Below, one piece after another: positions 1 through 14,238 of a stretch of 64,000 bases of DNA. The notes beneath the pieces are model-generated. The model did no database searches, was not told where the DNA came from, and saw nothing but the letters and a program-made list of their open reading frames with translations. Each line of letters starts with the position of its first letter. Positions within the stretch are counted from its first letter, which is position 1. A program made the position numbers and the translations under genes. The stretch is from contig OZ025661.1 in assembly GCA_964019335.1 (NCBI GenBank), forward strand, positions 310,001 through 374,000. Reading direction: 5' to 3'. The stretch comes from Diplonema japonicum (lineage: Eukaryota; Protista; Euglenozoa: Diplonemea).

Positions 1-3000
1 CGTTGTGTCCTGTAACATTAGTCCAGCATACACCAATGCCTCCGAGATATAAGTTTGTGCCATGGCGTAGTTCGTCTCATGCCAGTCCAGATCTGCTTGC
101 AATTCATTTGAACTGCCAGAAAGACGACCGCTCGTGCCGACCCCTGCAGGTGCTTTGAGTGCATTTTGAGGTAATGAAAATTGCACAAATCCTAGTCTGA
201 TCCCGTGAGCGGGGGCACCGGGGTAGCCTGCCTGATCTTTGTTTAGAGGTAGTGCCTTTGTCCAGTCCCTGACCATCTCTAGTACAGCGTAGAATCCATG
301 CGGGTGACGGCCGAAGGCCTGGCTCATGGAGGCTGACCCATCGAACACAATTGCAATATCCATGCTAGGGCACCCGCCGAAGAGCTCGTCGCGGCACGCT
401 CCGCTTTTGAAGTCCCACACGCAGAAGTCCTTGGCTGTGCACTGGCACTGCGATACGATGTTGTTGCACACGACTTCGATGCACACGTTGTTGTCGCCGT
501 TCCAGTAGCACACGTCATCGGCGCTACAGGCACTCGGGTCTGTGTGCTTGAGGCAGTACTTTTGGTTGCAGATAGTGGGCGACTCGCTGGTGTCCCAGTG
601 GCACCCGTAGTCATGGTCACACGTCTTCTCGTCTAGGTAGTGCACACACGGCTTCATGTTGCACTTGTTGTCCGCCCACTCACATCTCCTCATGTCCTTC
701 AAGCACACACCGATGTCCGTTGTGGTGCATGGTTTCTCGATACAGGGTGCCCAGTCCGGGCCGATAACAGCCGGATCCCACTCGCATGTGCTGTCCTTTT
801 CGCAAGTAGTCTTAGACGTGTACGTGCACAGGCGTTTCTGACAGCGGTCAGTTTCGCTGTTCCACAGACACCCAATTGGGTCAGACACACACCCAGCTTC
901 TGACTTGTGCTGGCATTCTTTTTCGATGCATCGGCTCTCTGACGCTTTCCACTCGCACCCAGGATCTTCCCCACAGGGTTCGATGGCGTGGTCACAAATC
1001 ACCCTTTTGTAACACACTCCCCCCTTGCCATCCCACTCGCACAGGTTCGTCTTGTCGTCTGTGCATGTGTCGGTGTCGCAGTGTCGGAGGCAGGCTGAGT
1101 CACGGCAGACCAACAGCCTCGCACTCCATCTACAAGCGTGGTCCTTGTTGCATGTGTTTTTGTCTGTGTACATGGGACAGGGCTGGACCTGTTTCAGCGC
1201 ACCTTTGTTCCCCTCTGACGACGCAATCAGCTTTCCAAACTGTTCATGCGGATCGCACACCGTGGAGAGCATGTCGATGAAATCCGTGATTTCTGCATCG
1301 ATGAAATGCTCCTCTCGAACATCGCTAGTCACATCAAGCAGGGCTTGCCGCTTGGTGCCTGCACCAGCTGCGTATGCCGATGCAGGGCGCAGCAGGACAC
1401 CGAATATCTTGATGCCAGCACTGGCCGCAGCACTAATCTCCGACGTGAGCTCGCTCCTTCCCGAGTCCATGATCTCGCTGGTGGCCACGACAATAATGAC
1501 CTTTTTGCGGACTGCACTACTCAACATACCGCGAGCGAGTTTCATAGCCCCTGCAAGATACGCTTCTTTGGTGTCGATCATGTTGTTTTCCACATAGTCG
1601 AAGTCGTTGTAGATTTCGCTCATCACGCCCGAGACCTGCCCTCCCGTGCCCACCGATGCAGGTGCCTTCATTTCACGCCCCTTAGCAGCGAACTGCACCA
1701 TGCCGAGCCTCACACCAGTGCGCACGTCAGCCTTTGCCATCTTGCCAGGTGTTCCTGAAAGAGGTAGAGTCTTTGCCCAATCCCTGGTGCCCTCAATGAT
1801 GGCTTGGAAGCCGCTAGCGTGGCGCCCGAAGGCCATTTTCATAGCGCTGGTTCCATCTACCGCAAGAACAACGTCCATGAGTGGGCATCCCCCAAAGACC
1901 CCGGTGACGCAGCCGCCGTTGCTGCTGTTCAGTGTCGGGTCCCAGAAGCATGCCACGTCCTTGTTGCAGAGGCACGGTGTGGCCAATTTGGAACAGTCTT
2001 TGTCTTCACATTTGTTGTTCTTGCTGTTCCACGAGCAGCGCAACTCAGGATCAGTATTGCACGAGGCATCATCCTCATAGCGCAAGCACACTTTTACCAG
2101 GCACCTTGCGGGCGAGTCACTGACATCCCAATGGCACAGGTCGTCACGGCTACAAGACTTCTCCTCATCGTGCTGCGCACATTGCTTGAACTCGCACTTG
2201 CTGCCAGTCCACTTGCAAGCGTAATCCGTGCATTTATCTTCGGCCATGATTGGGACACACTTTTCCTGCTTACAATGGTCGTCTGACCACATACAACCCT
2301 CATTGGCAGCATTGAACCCACACTCAATCTTTGTGCTGTATGTGCAAAGGGTTTTCGTGCAGTTGAGTGTTTTGGAGTCCCACACGCAAATGTTAGGGTC
2401 AACGATGCAGCTGTCCTCCGTGTGGTGGCTCAGACAGGGCTGCTCGACACAACGGAAGACATTTAAATCCACCATCTTCCAAGAGCAGCCAACTGCGTTG
2501 CAGGCTACGGCGGTCTGTTGTTCCGGGCACACGTTTGTGGGCTTCTTCACACACGCATTTCCGTTCCATATGCAGTCGTTTGTGACACACGCTGTGGAAT
2601 TGCACCCATAAGTTCTGCATGGTGACAAAGTGCACTGCAGAAGAGACTCGGACCACATGCAGCCATCGTCGATGTTGCAGAGTTCTGAAGACAGGTACGT
2701 TTGACATGGCTGGTTTATCCCCGCCTTTGCCTCACCGCTCATGATCTGCATCCCAAATTTAGTCGTTCTATCACAAATAGCCATGAGCACCTTCTTCTCT
2801 ACGTCTCCGAGTTGCAGGTCGATGACGTGATCGTCGTGCACTACAGACACCAGCGTCTTCATCTGCCCCGCTGCAGCAAGATCGTCGGGCATCCTAGTGC
2901 TCAACTTGCGCACTGTTACCCCGAAAGTCTGCACACCCAAATCCATCGTGGATCTCACAGCCTTGAGCTTCTCCTCGTCGCTTAGCTTGGAACTTGTGAG

Positions 3001-6000
3001 CATCAACAGCACTTGCTTCCTTCCAGGTGGAGACTGGCTTGTGAACACAGTCTGCGCATGCTCCAGCGCCCTCTCCATAACCCTGGTCGATCCACCAAGC
3101 ATATTAGCGGTGTGATATGCGAGATCGCCAAGGAGTTGCGTTTGGCTTCCAGACAGCAGCCCAGCTGCAGACACAGCTGGCTTGATGGGGCTCGTCACTA
3201 ATATGGGTTTGAGCTCCGAGGCGAATTGAGCGAACGCAACTCGCACGCCTGTCGTCCTAGCTTGCGACTTTGGGGTCGCGTAATCAGCGCCGTCGAGAGG
3301 GAGGCGCTTTACCCATTCCTTCAACATCTCTGTGACGGCATCGTAGCCGTTGGGGTGGCGCCCGAAAGCTTGGCCCATGGAGCCAGACCCGTCGAACACC
3401 ACTACAATGTCCAGAGGCGGGCAAGCACCAAACGCAAGTTCAACGCACCTCTGGCTCTTCTGGTTGTAGAAACAAGAAGGATCAGACACACATTCACACT
3501 CACTTGCACTGTATCGTTTGCACGTCGACTCAACGCATGTCTGCTGAGGTGTCCAGTAGCACGCGGCGTCGCCATGGCAGTCCTGTTCTCTGTCCCATCT
3601 TGAGCAGTACGTCTCGCGACACAGCGAAGGCGACGCTGAGGTGTCCCACTCGCAGCCTTGCTCAGTGATACACGATCCTTCCTCCACGTACAACGCACAG
3701 CGGCGCACTTCGCATCCCGTGTCTTTCCACTCGCATTTCTTATCAATGGTACATGATTTCTTCTCTGTGTATTTGCAGGGAAGCACTCCGCACGCCTCGG
3801 CCACTCCGTCCCAAACGCACGTCGCATCGCCTGTGCAGTCTGTGGACAGAAGGTACCCGCACTCCTTGACCTCGCACTTTCCCTTGGCATTCCACAAACA
3901 ACCCGTAGTGTCGGAAAGGCATGCCGACTCTACGTGCGCCGTGCATGGTGACGGTTGGCAACTTGACTTCCACACACACGTGTAGTCCGCCATGCAGCTC
4001 GCCTGGTTATCGTGAACGCAGATGCGCTTCTTGGAGCACGTTCCGTCACCCGACACGTTCCATTGGCACATGTATGACGGGTCGGACAGCTTCAAGCATC
4101 CCTCCTCTGAGCAGTACTGCAAGCACGGCGTTCCTGTGCATGCAACAAGCGAGTCGTCCCAAGAACAGCCGGAGTCCCTGTTGCATTCAGCAGAAGCTTT
4201 GTGGAAGCTGCAAGGCAGGTGAGAGTCTGTTGTCTTTAGGTCGACTAGCCAGCCTCCCCAAGGAGTCGCGGGGTTGCACCACTTGTTGAACACAGCCTCT
4301 CGCAGGTCTCCGATTTCTATGTTCAGGATGTGCTCGTCCTGTGGTTCGGACACGACCTTCATAACGGACTCCTGTGCGTTGATGTCAGCAGAAGTGTGCG
4401 AACCAGTTCGCCTGATCACGATACTGACTACATGTGCACCGGTCGCCTCGATTTTCTTTGCAGCGTCCGTCAGTCTGTTTTGATCCATCACGGTGCTCCC
4501 CAGGAGTACTAGGACAATCTTCTTCCTGTCATCACTTGGATACAATGCTCCCGACAGTAGACCGGCCGCCTTCTCCAAAGCACCTGCGAGGAACGTGTCT
4601 TTACCCATCTGATTGTGCTCTTGCCAGCTCAGAGAGTTTTGAAGCTCAGGTGCATAACCCGAGAGCAGGTCTTGCGGGATCAAGGCGGAGACAATGACAG
4701 ACCCCTCGACACTACCATCACTTCTTCTTTGATACTTGTCACCACCGAATTGGATGAAAGACAGCCTGGCAGAACCCTTGGCGTACTTCGTCGGATCTTT
4801 CCCAGCGCCACCAACGTCACCTGGCAGAGGCAGCATGTAAACCCAGTCCTTAAGCATCTCAATCAAGGCATGGTAGGCATTGGGATGCCGGCCGAATGCT
4901 TGGGACATGCCGGCAGAGCCATCGATGAGGACTACAATGTCCATGGTAGGACACGCTCCGTAGTTGGTGTTGACACAGATGCCATCGTGCCAGAAACAGT
5001 CAGGGTCGGTGGTGCATTCGCAGTGCGCGAATGTGTTGCCGCATTGCTTTTCCATGCAAGAACCAAAATCCCACACGCACTCACCTTCCAAGTCACAAGT
5101 AGATGAGTTAAACTTCTTGCAGTACTCCAACTTGCACATGCCAGGTGCTGTCGTTGAGTCCCACTTGCAGCGTGCATCAAGATCACTGGCGCACGACAAC
5201 TCATCGGCATACTTGACACATGGCTTTTCGGCACACGCACCTGTCGCGCTGTCGTAGTCACACCATATCTTGTTTGTTACTGACTCGCAGCATTCTTTGT
5301 CATTTGCACTACACACCACACACCTGTGAGGTTTGCACACTGGCCCCGCTTTTCCTGTTGTGTCCCATACACACTGACTCAGGCTCGTACATTCTTCTTG
5401 AACCTTCTTTGTTTTACAGGGCTCCGGGGTGCACAGCTTCTGAACGGAGTCAAAAATGCACCCCTCAGGGTCCATCAAGCACGGTTCGTCGTCTTCATAA
5501 TTACACGGGATCACCTTGCAAGCATTGTTTTCCCACATGCATTCTGCGTCGTTCGTGCACTCATACTGGTTGCCGTATGAGCACGGCTTTTTCTTTTCGC
5601 AAGTCGCCGATGTTGTTGAGGCATCCCAGAGGCAGTGGTTGGCGGTGTCGGCGATGCAATCCTGCTCCTCGCAATAGTCGAAGCAAGGTGTCCTGCCGCA
5701 TGACAGGGTAGAGACACGCCATGCGCAGTTGGCATCACGGTTGCAACTCTGCTTGTAATTGTACTGCACACATGGCGTAGCACCGTCACCAGCACCTGAT
5801 GAACCGCCGCCTGCAGCGGAGATGTACTTCCCCCACTTGCTTGCCGGGTCGCACAGCCCGACCAGCACCTTGTCAGGGACCTCATCGATCGTGAGACTCA
5901 TGAAGTGCTCGCTGCCAGGCTCAGATACAACCGGTTTGAGCACATCTTCCGCTTTGTCATCGTCTGGGGTGCGCACTGTAAACCTCCTCAATGCAATGCC

Positions 6001-9000
6001 GAAGGTGAGAACCTGCAGCTGCTGCAGCCTCTTCCTGGCATTCTCCAACCGATCGCTGTCCATCAACACACCGTCAGTGAGGATGAATAACACCCTTCTG
6101 CGTCCATCGATCGGAGAGTCATTGGTCAGCATGTCTGCAGCTATGTTAAGCCCTTCTTCGATGTAGGTGAGCTGCCCCATGTAGGCTCCTTCGTGCCACG
6201 ACACGTCGGCATTAAGCTGCACCTTATCGCCGCTGAGCCTCCCTCCTGTTCCGACGTGCTGCGGTGCACGTAACGCAGAATTGACGACGCCTCCTGTTAC
6301 GGGGTCAGTTGAACCCGACCGCCCACTGAACTGGATGAACCCAACGCGGATGCCGCCAGTAGGCTGTGACTGCGACCCTACAGATCCTGCCTCGCCGCTC
6401 AAGGGCAGGGTGTCGATCCAGTTCCTGAGCATCTCCAACATGGCGAAGTACCCATGCGGATGGCGCCCGAACGACTGGCTCATTGACCCCGACCCATCGA
6501 ACAGGATCACCAGGTCCAGTGTTGGACATTTCCCATAGACCTGCTCTTCACATCGCTCCCTGCCCCCTGTCTGCGTCCAGAAGCATGCTGGGTCCTTCCT
6601 GCACTCGCACCTGTTCGGGATCACGTTACACTGGCGCTCAACGCAGATACCATCTGTCAACCATATGCAGTGTATGTCGATACCACACACAACTTCTGTG
6701 TTGTACCTGGCACAAGGTTTCATTTGGCAGCTTCCTGGTGCTGCCAATGTGTCCCAGTAGCACTGTTTATCTTCAACACACACCATATCGTTTGTGTAGT
6801 TGCTGCAAGGGCGAACCTTGCAGTTGCCGACACCGCTCTCCCATTCGCACAAGACGTCCTCCTTGCACGCATCTTCCTGTTGGTGCATGCACGCTTTCTG
6901 CACACATTTCTGATTTTCCCATTCGCACTCTGTGGGCTGCGTCTTGCACAAGTTCTCCGTTGTGTGCATTGCGCACGGTTTCAGTTCACAATTTTGGGTC
7001 GCTTCTTTCCACGAGCAAACGAATTCTTTCTCGTCCAAGCACCCGGCTTCTGTTTCGTGATAACAAGGTTTCTCGCCACACGCAGGTGCTGACGCGTTCC
7101 ACTCGCACCCAACCTCGTCAGCACAAGTCTGCGGAGTGGGCCCAGTGCACTCTTCTTTGCGGTAGCAGGCCTTAGTGGCATCTTCCCAACCACCCACACA
7201 CTGGTTGTTTGCATCAGTGTCACACTCGATTTGGCTGCAGTGTAGCATGCAAGGAGACGCAATACAGGCCACTCTGTCCCACACACATCCAGTGTCTGCC
7301 ATGCAAGAGCTCCTCATAGAGTACGTCGAGCATGGTTGGTGCTTGCCAGCCATTGTGCGCAATGCGAGGTGTTTGCCAAAGGCAGATTCAGGGTCACACA
7401 TAGTGCTCATGGGGCCGTCCTCAGATGCAAGCTCGTCCATGTCCACGTTGACAAAGTGGTCGTCATGCGGAACAGACACAATGGGCTTCAGGGCCATTTC
7501 GGCATCAGTGTCCACCTTTGTGTGAGAGGTAAATCTCCTCACAACGATGCCAAAGATCTCCACGCTGCCAAGCTTCTGTCTCTCTGCCTCGAGCAGTGAA
7601 GCGTCCTGCAGCTGTCCGTCAGTGATAATGAAGAGTGCCATCGTCCTGCCGACAGAATTCTGGAACAAGTCGGCAGTCATACTGAGCCCAAGGGCAAGAT
7701 ATGTGCCCCTATCCATATAGTTTTTCTCGTGCCACGAAAGATCCGCAGAAAGTTCTTTGAAATCACCGGAGAGCATTCCCGAGGTGCCGACACCGCCTGG
7801 GGCCTTGATGGCAGAGCCAGGGACAGGCCCTGTTAGGGGACCCACTGGGGCACCACTGAACTGAATGAACGCGACACGCACCTTACGCGATGCTTTAATA
7901 AGGTCGGGGGAACCTGCCTTTTCGCCACTCAGAGGCACCTTCCTGACCCACTCGCGGAGCATCTCAACTATACCGTAGAACCCTTGAGGGTGACGCCCAA
8001 AGACCTGATTCATAGATGCTGAACCATCAAACAGCACCACCAAGTCCAATGTAGGACACGAACCGTATTGCTTGTCGACGCACGTCTGCTCGCTGACCAG
8101 CCAGAAGCACTCCACGTCTTTTTTACAGGAACATTGGTCAGTTATCTTATTGCAATCCTTCGTCTCGCAGATACCAAACGCCGCGTCATACTTGCAGCCA
8201 GAGTCAAGGTCGCACGGCTCCTCTTGGCATACGAGCGTGTCAATGTCGCAGTGCTTCCTGCAGTACTTTACCTCGCAGAAACCAGGGGCCACTGAGGTTG
8301 ACCATTCACAGTTGCTGTCTTTAACACAGAGCAACTCGTTCACGTACTGCCTGCAAGGTGCAGGATTGCACTTGTCGTCCTCCCACACGCACATCCCTGG
8401 TTCCGTTTCTTTGCAGCTTGTCGCGTTCTGGTAGTTGCAGAGCTTGATCTGGCAATCAGCATCTACCCACCTGCACAGAGCATCTCGTTCGCAAGTATCA
8501 GGGTTGTCGTAATGACAGATTTTCACCCCACAGGACTGATCAAGGTTGTTCCACGTGCAGACGTCTGGGTCAGCCAGACAGCTTTGCTCGTTGAAATGTT
8601 TGCATTTCTTGGTGGAACAGGCCCCATCCCATTCGCATGACATGTCGGCAGAGCAGTCTGCCTCCAGTTGGTGGTTGCAAACTTGCTCCTTGAAACACTG
8701 AGCGACATGGTCGTCCCATGTGCACAGGTTGGGAGTGTCCGCGTTGCACGCTTGCTTATCGCAGTGCTTCATGCAAGGCGAGTCGCCGCATGACAAGGTT
8801 GCATCAAACCATACACAACCTGAGTCCTTGTTACAAGGGTCTTTGGCGGAGTGAAGCTGGCAAGGCTGGCGGCCTGCAGGGGGGACACCTATGTCTTTCC
8901 CCCAAACGCTATTGGGGTCGCACAGTGACTTGAGAGACGCTGCAATCTCGTCGATCTGCACGTTGATGAAATGTCGATCGGAGGGGTACGAGGCAAGAGG

Positions 9001-12000
9001 CTTCACAGTCGCCTCTGCTTCTTCATCAGCAGCCGTGTGTGTGTCGTAAGGGCGCATGACAATACCGAACACCTTCACCTGAGCCTGGTCAAGTTCCGCC
9101 TTGGCTGTCGGGTACTCGTCCTTATCAGCAAGTTGTCCGTCGCTCATAATGACCAACACCCTCCGCCTGCCGTCTACGGGGGACTTGCGGAACAACCCCA
9201 CTGCCTTTTGCAAACCAGCAAGCAAATACGTCGTTGCAGGCTGTGGCTGCAACACGTCCCTCTTTTTGCCTCCCATAAAGTTTGCCTCGTGGAAAGTAAG
9301 GTCGGCCTCGACTTCATTCAGCGAACCAGTGAAACGACCACCGCTGGTCCCTTGACCCAACGGTGACAATGTCTGGCGAGTGTCCTGAGGGGTCCACACC
9401 TCTGAGCCTGCGAACTGGATGATAGCAAGACGCACGGAATCCGTGTTGGCCTTGCTAGGTACGCCAGCGGCGTCACCGCTCAAGGGTAATTCTTGAGCCC
9501 AATCCCTCACGATTTCTACTAGTGCGTAGAATCCTTGAGGGTGACGTCCAAACTTCTTCCCTAAAGACCTTCCGCCGTCAATGAGGACCACAATGTCTAG
9601 CGTCGGGCAAGTCCCGTAGCGCTGGAAGGTACAGTGCGGGCGGTTCGTTGCTGTGCTGTAATAACAGTCAGGATCGCCTTCGCATTTGCACTTGTCGGGC
9701 AGCTCGCTACACTTCTTCTCGACGCATACGTCAAGAGCGCTGTTCCACATGCACGCTCGTTCGTTGTCGCAGTTGGAGACAGTAAACAAGCGACAGGGGC
9801 CGGCGCTGCAGAGAGCAGGTGACTGTTTGACATCCCAGTGACAACCGCTTGTGGCCTCATGCGCATTGCAGCACCTTTCGTCGGCATATCGTACACAAGC
9901 AACAGGGCGACACGTGGAACCATCCCAACCACAGCTGGCATCAACTGAGCATTCGTTAGGTGTGGTGTACGTGCACCGTTTCGGAACACAGACAGGGTCC
10001 ACGTCAGCAGCGACACATGCAGTGTCCCATTCACAAGTATTGTCCGACGTGCATTCTTGCTGAGAGGTGTACTGGCACGGTTTCTCAGTGCAGACTTGCT
10101 TCGACGACAACCACTCACAGCTGTATGTCGAATCGGCGGAGCAGCTGTTCTCATCTGGGTGGTGGCAGGGTGTCTCAACACACTTACCGCTCCTCCAAGC
10201 ACATTCTGTGTCAGTACCGCAGTCTGTCTCTGACTTGTGCACAGAGCATCCTGGCGTTTTGTAGCACACTTGACCGGCAGTTTCCCAGTAACAATTATTT
10301 GTAGAATCAGCCGCGCAAGTGCTTTCGTTGCAGAGCTTGCTGCAAGGTGTGTCAACGCATGCCGTGAGTACTTCGTTGAACACACATCCTGGATCTACAG
10401 AACAGGCATCTTTCTCTTTGTAATTGGAACACGGCTGGTGTACTCCTACCTGAGGGACAGTAACAATATACTTACCCCACATGCTGTTCGGGTCGCACAG
10501 GCCGTCGAGCGTCTTTGGGATCTCGCTCAGCAGCAAGTTGTAATAATGCTCGTAGTGCGGCACTGAAGTGATGGGCTTCAAGGTGGCCTCTGCATCGATG
10601 TCAGTCTGCGTGTGGGTGTCGAAGCGCCTGACGACAATGCCGAAAGTGATGACTCCCTCTTTCTCCAGTATGCCCCTGGCAGACGCTAACCTGTCTGCGT
10701 CATAGATCTTGCCATCTGTGAAAACCAGCAGAACACGCTTCCTCCCGTCCTTGGGTGAAGACATGAACATGTTCGCTGCACTCTGCAGTGTTGATTCTAA
10801 GTATGTCCCGCCCTTCAAAAAGTGGTCTTCTTGCCATTCAAGATCATCGCCCACTTCTTGTTTGCTTCCTGAGAGCCTCCCTGCACTGCCCACGCCGGTC
10901 GGTGTTCTCTGAGCACCATCCACAGTGTTGGTTCCTGGGATCTTAATAGCGGGCTTCCCACTGAACTGAATCACACCTATTCTTATCATGCCAGCTTCTG
11001 TTGAAGGGACGCCGGCTGCCTCACCGCTCAGTGGCAGCTGAGCAACCCAGGTCTTTAAAGTTTCCAATAGACCATGGAATCCATGCGGATGCACCCCAAA
11101 GGCCTGGCTCATAGAGTCGGACCCGTCAAGGGCTAGGACGATGTCGAGCGTGGGGCATGACCCAAACTGGGCTGTTTTGCACGTCCCCTTGTCCCAGTAG
11201 CACCCGGGGTCCTTGTGGCAGCGACAGGTGTCGAATGTGAAGCAGTCCTTCTCGATACACAGCTGACTCGTAGCATTCCACATGCAGTTCCCGTCTGTGT
11301 TACAAGCATCAGAATCTGTGATGTACCTTCTGCAGTATTTGAGTTCGCACTCAGTGCCCCATGAACAGCCGTCGTCCATTGTGCATTCGTGCTCATCGAA
11401 GTACTGTTTGCATGGTGCAGGCTCGCATTGAGCGACGTTCCACACACACTGCCCTACTTGCTTTTGTTCACACTCTGTTCTGTTTGTGTAAGCACACGGC
11501 TTCGGGTCGCATCTCGGAACGAGAGATTTCCACAGACAAATTGGATCACTAGAGCAACCAGCGGCTGTTGCGTGGGCACACGGCTTCTCACCGCACACTG
11601 AATCGATATTGTTCCACACACAAAGGTCGGGATCGATCCGACAGCCCTGCTCAGTATAGTGCTTGCACTTCTTGCCAACACAGTGAGTGCCGTTGAACTC
11701 GCACCCAGAATCTTCGAGGCAGGCATCTTTGTTTGCAGCACTGCACAGTTCTTTCTTGGTGCAAGATGAAACGGAAGCGTTCCACTGGCAGCGATTGGCA
11801 ACGTCACCGGAACACGTCGCATCCTTGCAGTGGTGCAGACATGGTGTGTCGCCGCACGACAACGAAGTGTCAAACCAGACGCAGTGAGCGTTCTTATTAC
11901 AAACATCTTTTCCAGCATTCAAGCTGCAGGGTGCGTTCTCGCCCGTCACGCCGACGAACTTCCCCCATTCTGTGTTTGGATCGCACAAATTGTTCAGAAC

Positions 12001-14238
12001 AGAAGCAAGCCCTTCGATCTCAAGGCTCACGAAGTGCTCCCCTCTCGGTTCTGTGACGAGCCCCAGCATGTCAGCGTCGGCTTGCAGGTCTGCAGCACTC
12101 TGTATAGGTGAGGAACGAATAGTAGCACCAAACAGCTGCACCTGTTGCTGGTATAGCTCAGCACGCACCGCTTGGTACTTATCTTTGTCATCAAGAGCCC
12201 CGTGCGAAATGATAATCAAGACACGCTTCCTCCCATCCTTCGGCGAGGTTCGGAATAAGCTCAATGCTTTGTTCAGACCAGCAAGTAGGTAACTCTTGGC
12301 TACGGGGGGTTGCAATGCCACGCTGCCACCAATGAAGCCTTGCTCGTGGAAGGTCAGGTCTGATTCGATCTCCGACGGTAGTCCGGTTAGGCGGCCTTCA
12401 CTGGTTCCGAGGCCGGTGGGGACTAGGATCTGCTTTGGGTCAGACGATGGCCACAGGGTGCTTCCCCCGAACTGAATAGTGGCAACACGCGTGACTTTGT
12501 TCTTCGAAGGTTGTGCAATGCCCGCTGGTTCACCGCTCAATGGCAGCCCCTTGATCCAGTCCCTGACCAGCTCAACAATGGCGTAGAAGCCTTGCGGGTG
12601 CCTGCCAAATGGCTTGGCAGTCCCACTCCCACCATCGAAGAGGATAACCACATCTAAAGTCGGGCATGTACCATAGCGCTGGAACGTACAGTGGGGTCCT
12701 GTGAAGTAACAGTCAGGGTCGGTTTCGCAGGCGCACCTTTCGGAAAACTTGCTGCACTGCTTCCCATTGCAGACTAGCGTGGTGGTATCCCACATACAGG
12801 ACCTCTCTGCCTCGCACAGGTTCTGGTCGGTCACTGAGCGACAAGCCGTCAAAGAACAGATTGCAGGTGACTGGGACACATCCCAGTGGCAGCCATCGCC
12901 ACTGTTACAACATTTCTCGCTAGAGTATTGTGAGCAAGGTTTAACAACACAAGTAGCTGTGTTCCACTGACAGAGTCCGTCTCTCTTGCAGGATTCCTCG
13001 GTGGTGTGAGTACAAGGAGTTTTCATGCAAAGCTGGTCCATAGGATCGGGGCAAGCATCGTTCCACTTGCACAAGGGATCAGATGTGCATGAAGTTGAGT
13101 CGTTGTAAATGCATGGTGTAGGGTTGCACGTCTGGGATATGCTCTCCCATACGCAGGAATAGACAGTGTCAGCGATGCAGCTTGCCTCATCGGGGTACTG
13201 GCAAGGCTCATCAACGCAGGCAGGGATACGCGCATCCCAGAAGCACTCATTGTCAGTGCCGCAAGCATTCTCACTTGCGTGACGGCTGCAGGTGTGCTTC
13301 GCAAAACACTCATCCACGCTTCCAACCCACGCACATGTTGGTTCCGCCACGCAGCTCGGCAGGTCGCAGTGCTGAACACATGGGGAATCGATGCATGACA
13401 CAAGAACGTCGGACCATTTGCAGCCTTTATCACCCGCACAACCGACCTTCTTGTTATAAATAGAACAGGGCTTGTGAACACCTGCCTGCGAGACAGGGGC
13501 GTCGACCACGTACTTCCCCCACAATCCGTTTGGATCGCACAGTCCGTTAAGCGTTTTGTCGGGAATCTCGTCGATCTCCAGATTCATAAAGTGCTCGGCA
13601 TGCGGGTCCGACACAATGGGCTTCAGGGCCGCCTCCGCATCAATGTCGACCTGGGTGTGCGTCGTGAACCTCCTCACAACAATTCCAAATGTCTGCACGT
13701 CCAAGCTTGACAGCGTTTGGAGAGACTGTGCGATGATGTCCTTGTCGTTGCCGCTGTCCTGCAGCTGCCCATCGGTGATGATGAGCAGAACACGCTTCCT
13801 GTTGTCCTTCGGCGACATGCTCGTGAAAATAGCTGCTGTGCGTTGAAGGCCCCTTGCAATGTATGTACCGCCCTCAAGGAAGTTGCTTTCATGCCAATTG
13901 ACATCAGATTTGAGCTGCGCCACATCGCCCGAGAGCCTACCAGCAGTACCAACGCCTACAGGGGTGGTCGCAACAGACTTCACAACCGGGCCGCTCCAAA
14001 TGTTAGGTGGGCTGAAGAACTGCTGTCGACCGGAGAACTGCACAATTGCTACCCTTAGCTTGCCTGTGTCTTTGGCTGAGTACATTCCAACTGATGCTGC
14101 TTCACCGTTCAAGGGTAGTGTTGTTATCCATGCACCAAGCATCTCCATGAGTGCGTAGAAACCATGGGGGTGGGTCCCAAAGGAGTTTGTCATCGACATC
14201 GAGCCGTCCACGAGCAGCACCACATCCATGGTGGGACA
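1..14238 (-). repeat. vWA array C: ten vWA + Cys-rich units with ~1.54-kb period (starts ~14238, 12667, 11157, 9609, 8058, 6528, 4953, 3423, 1887, 372; last truncated by the window edge)
   Basis: Same CP-x-[LM]D..DG..FG[RTV]H[PA]x[GA] signature in each unit; start-to-start spacing is about 1510-1575 nt. Confidence 0.88.
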
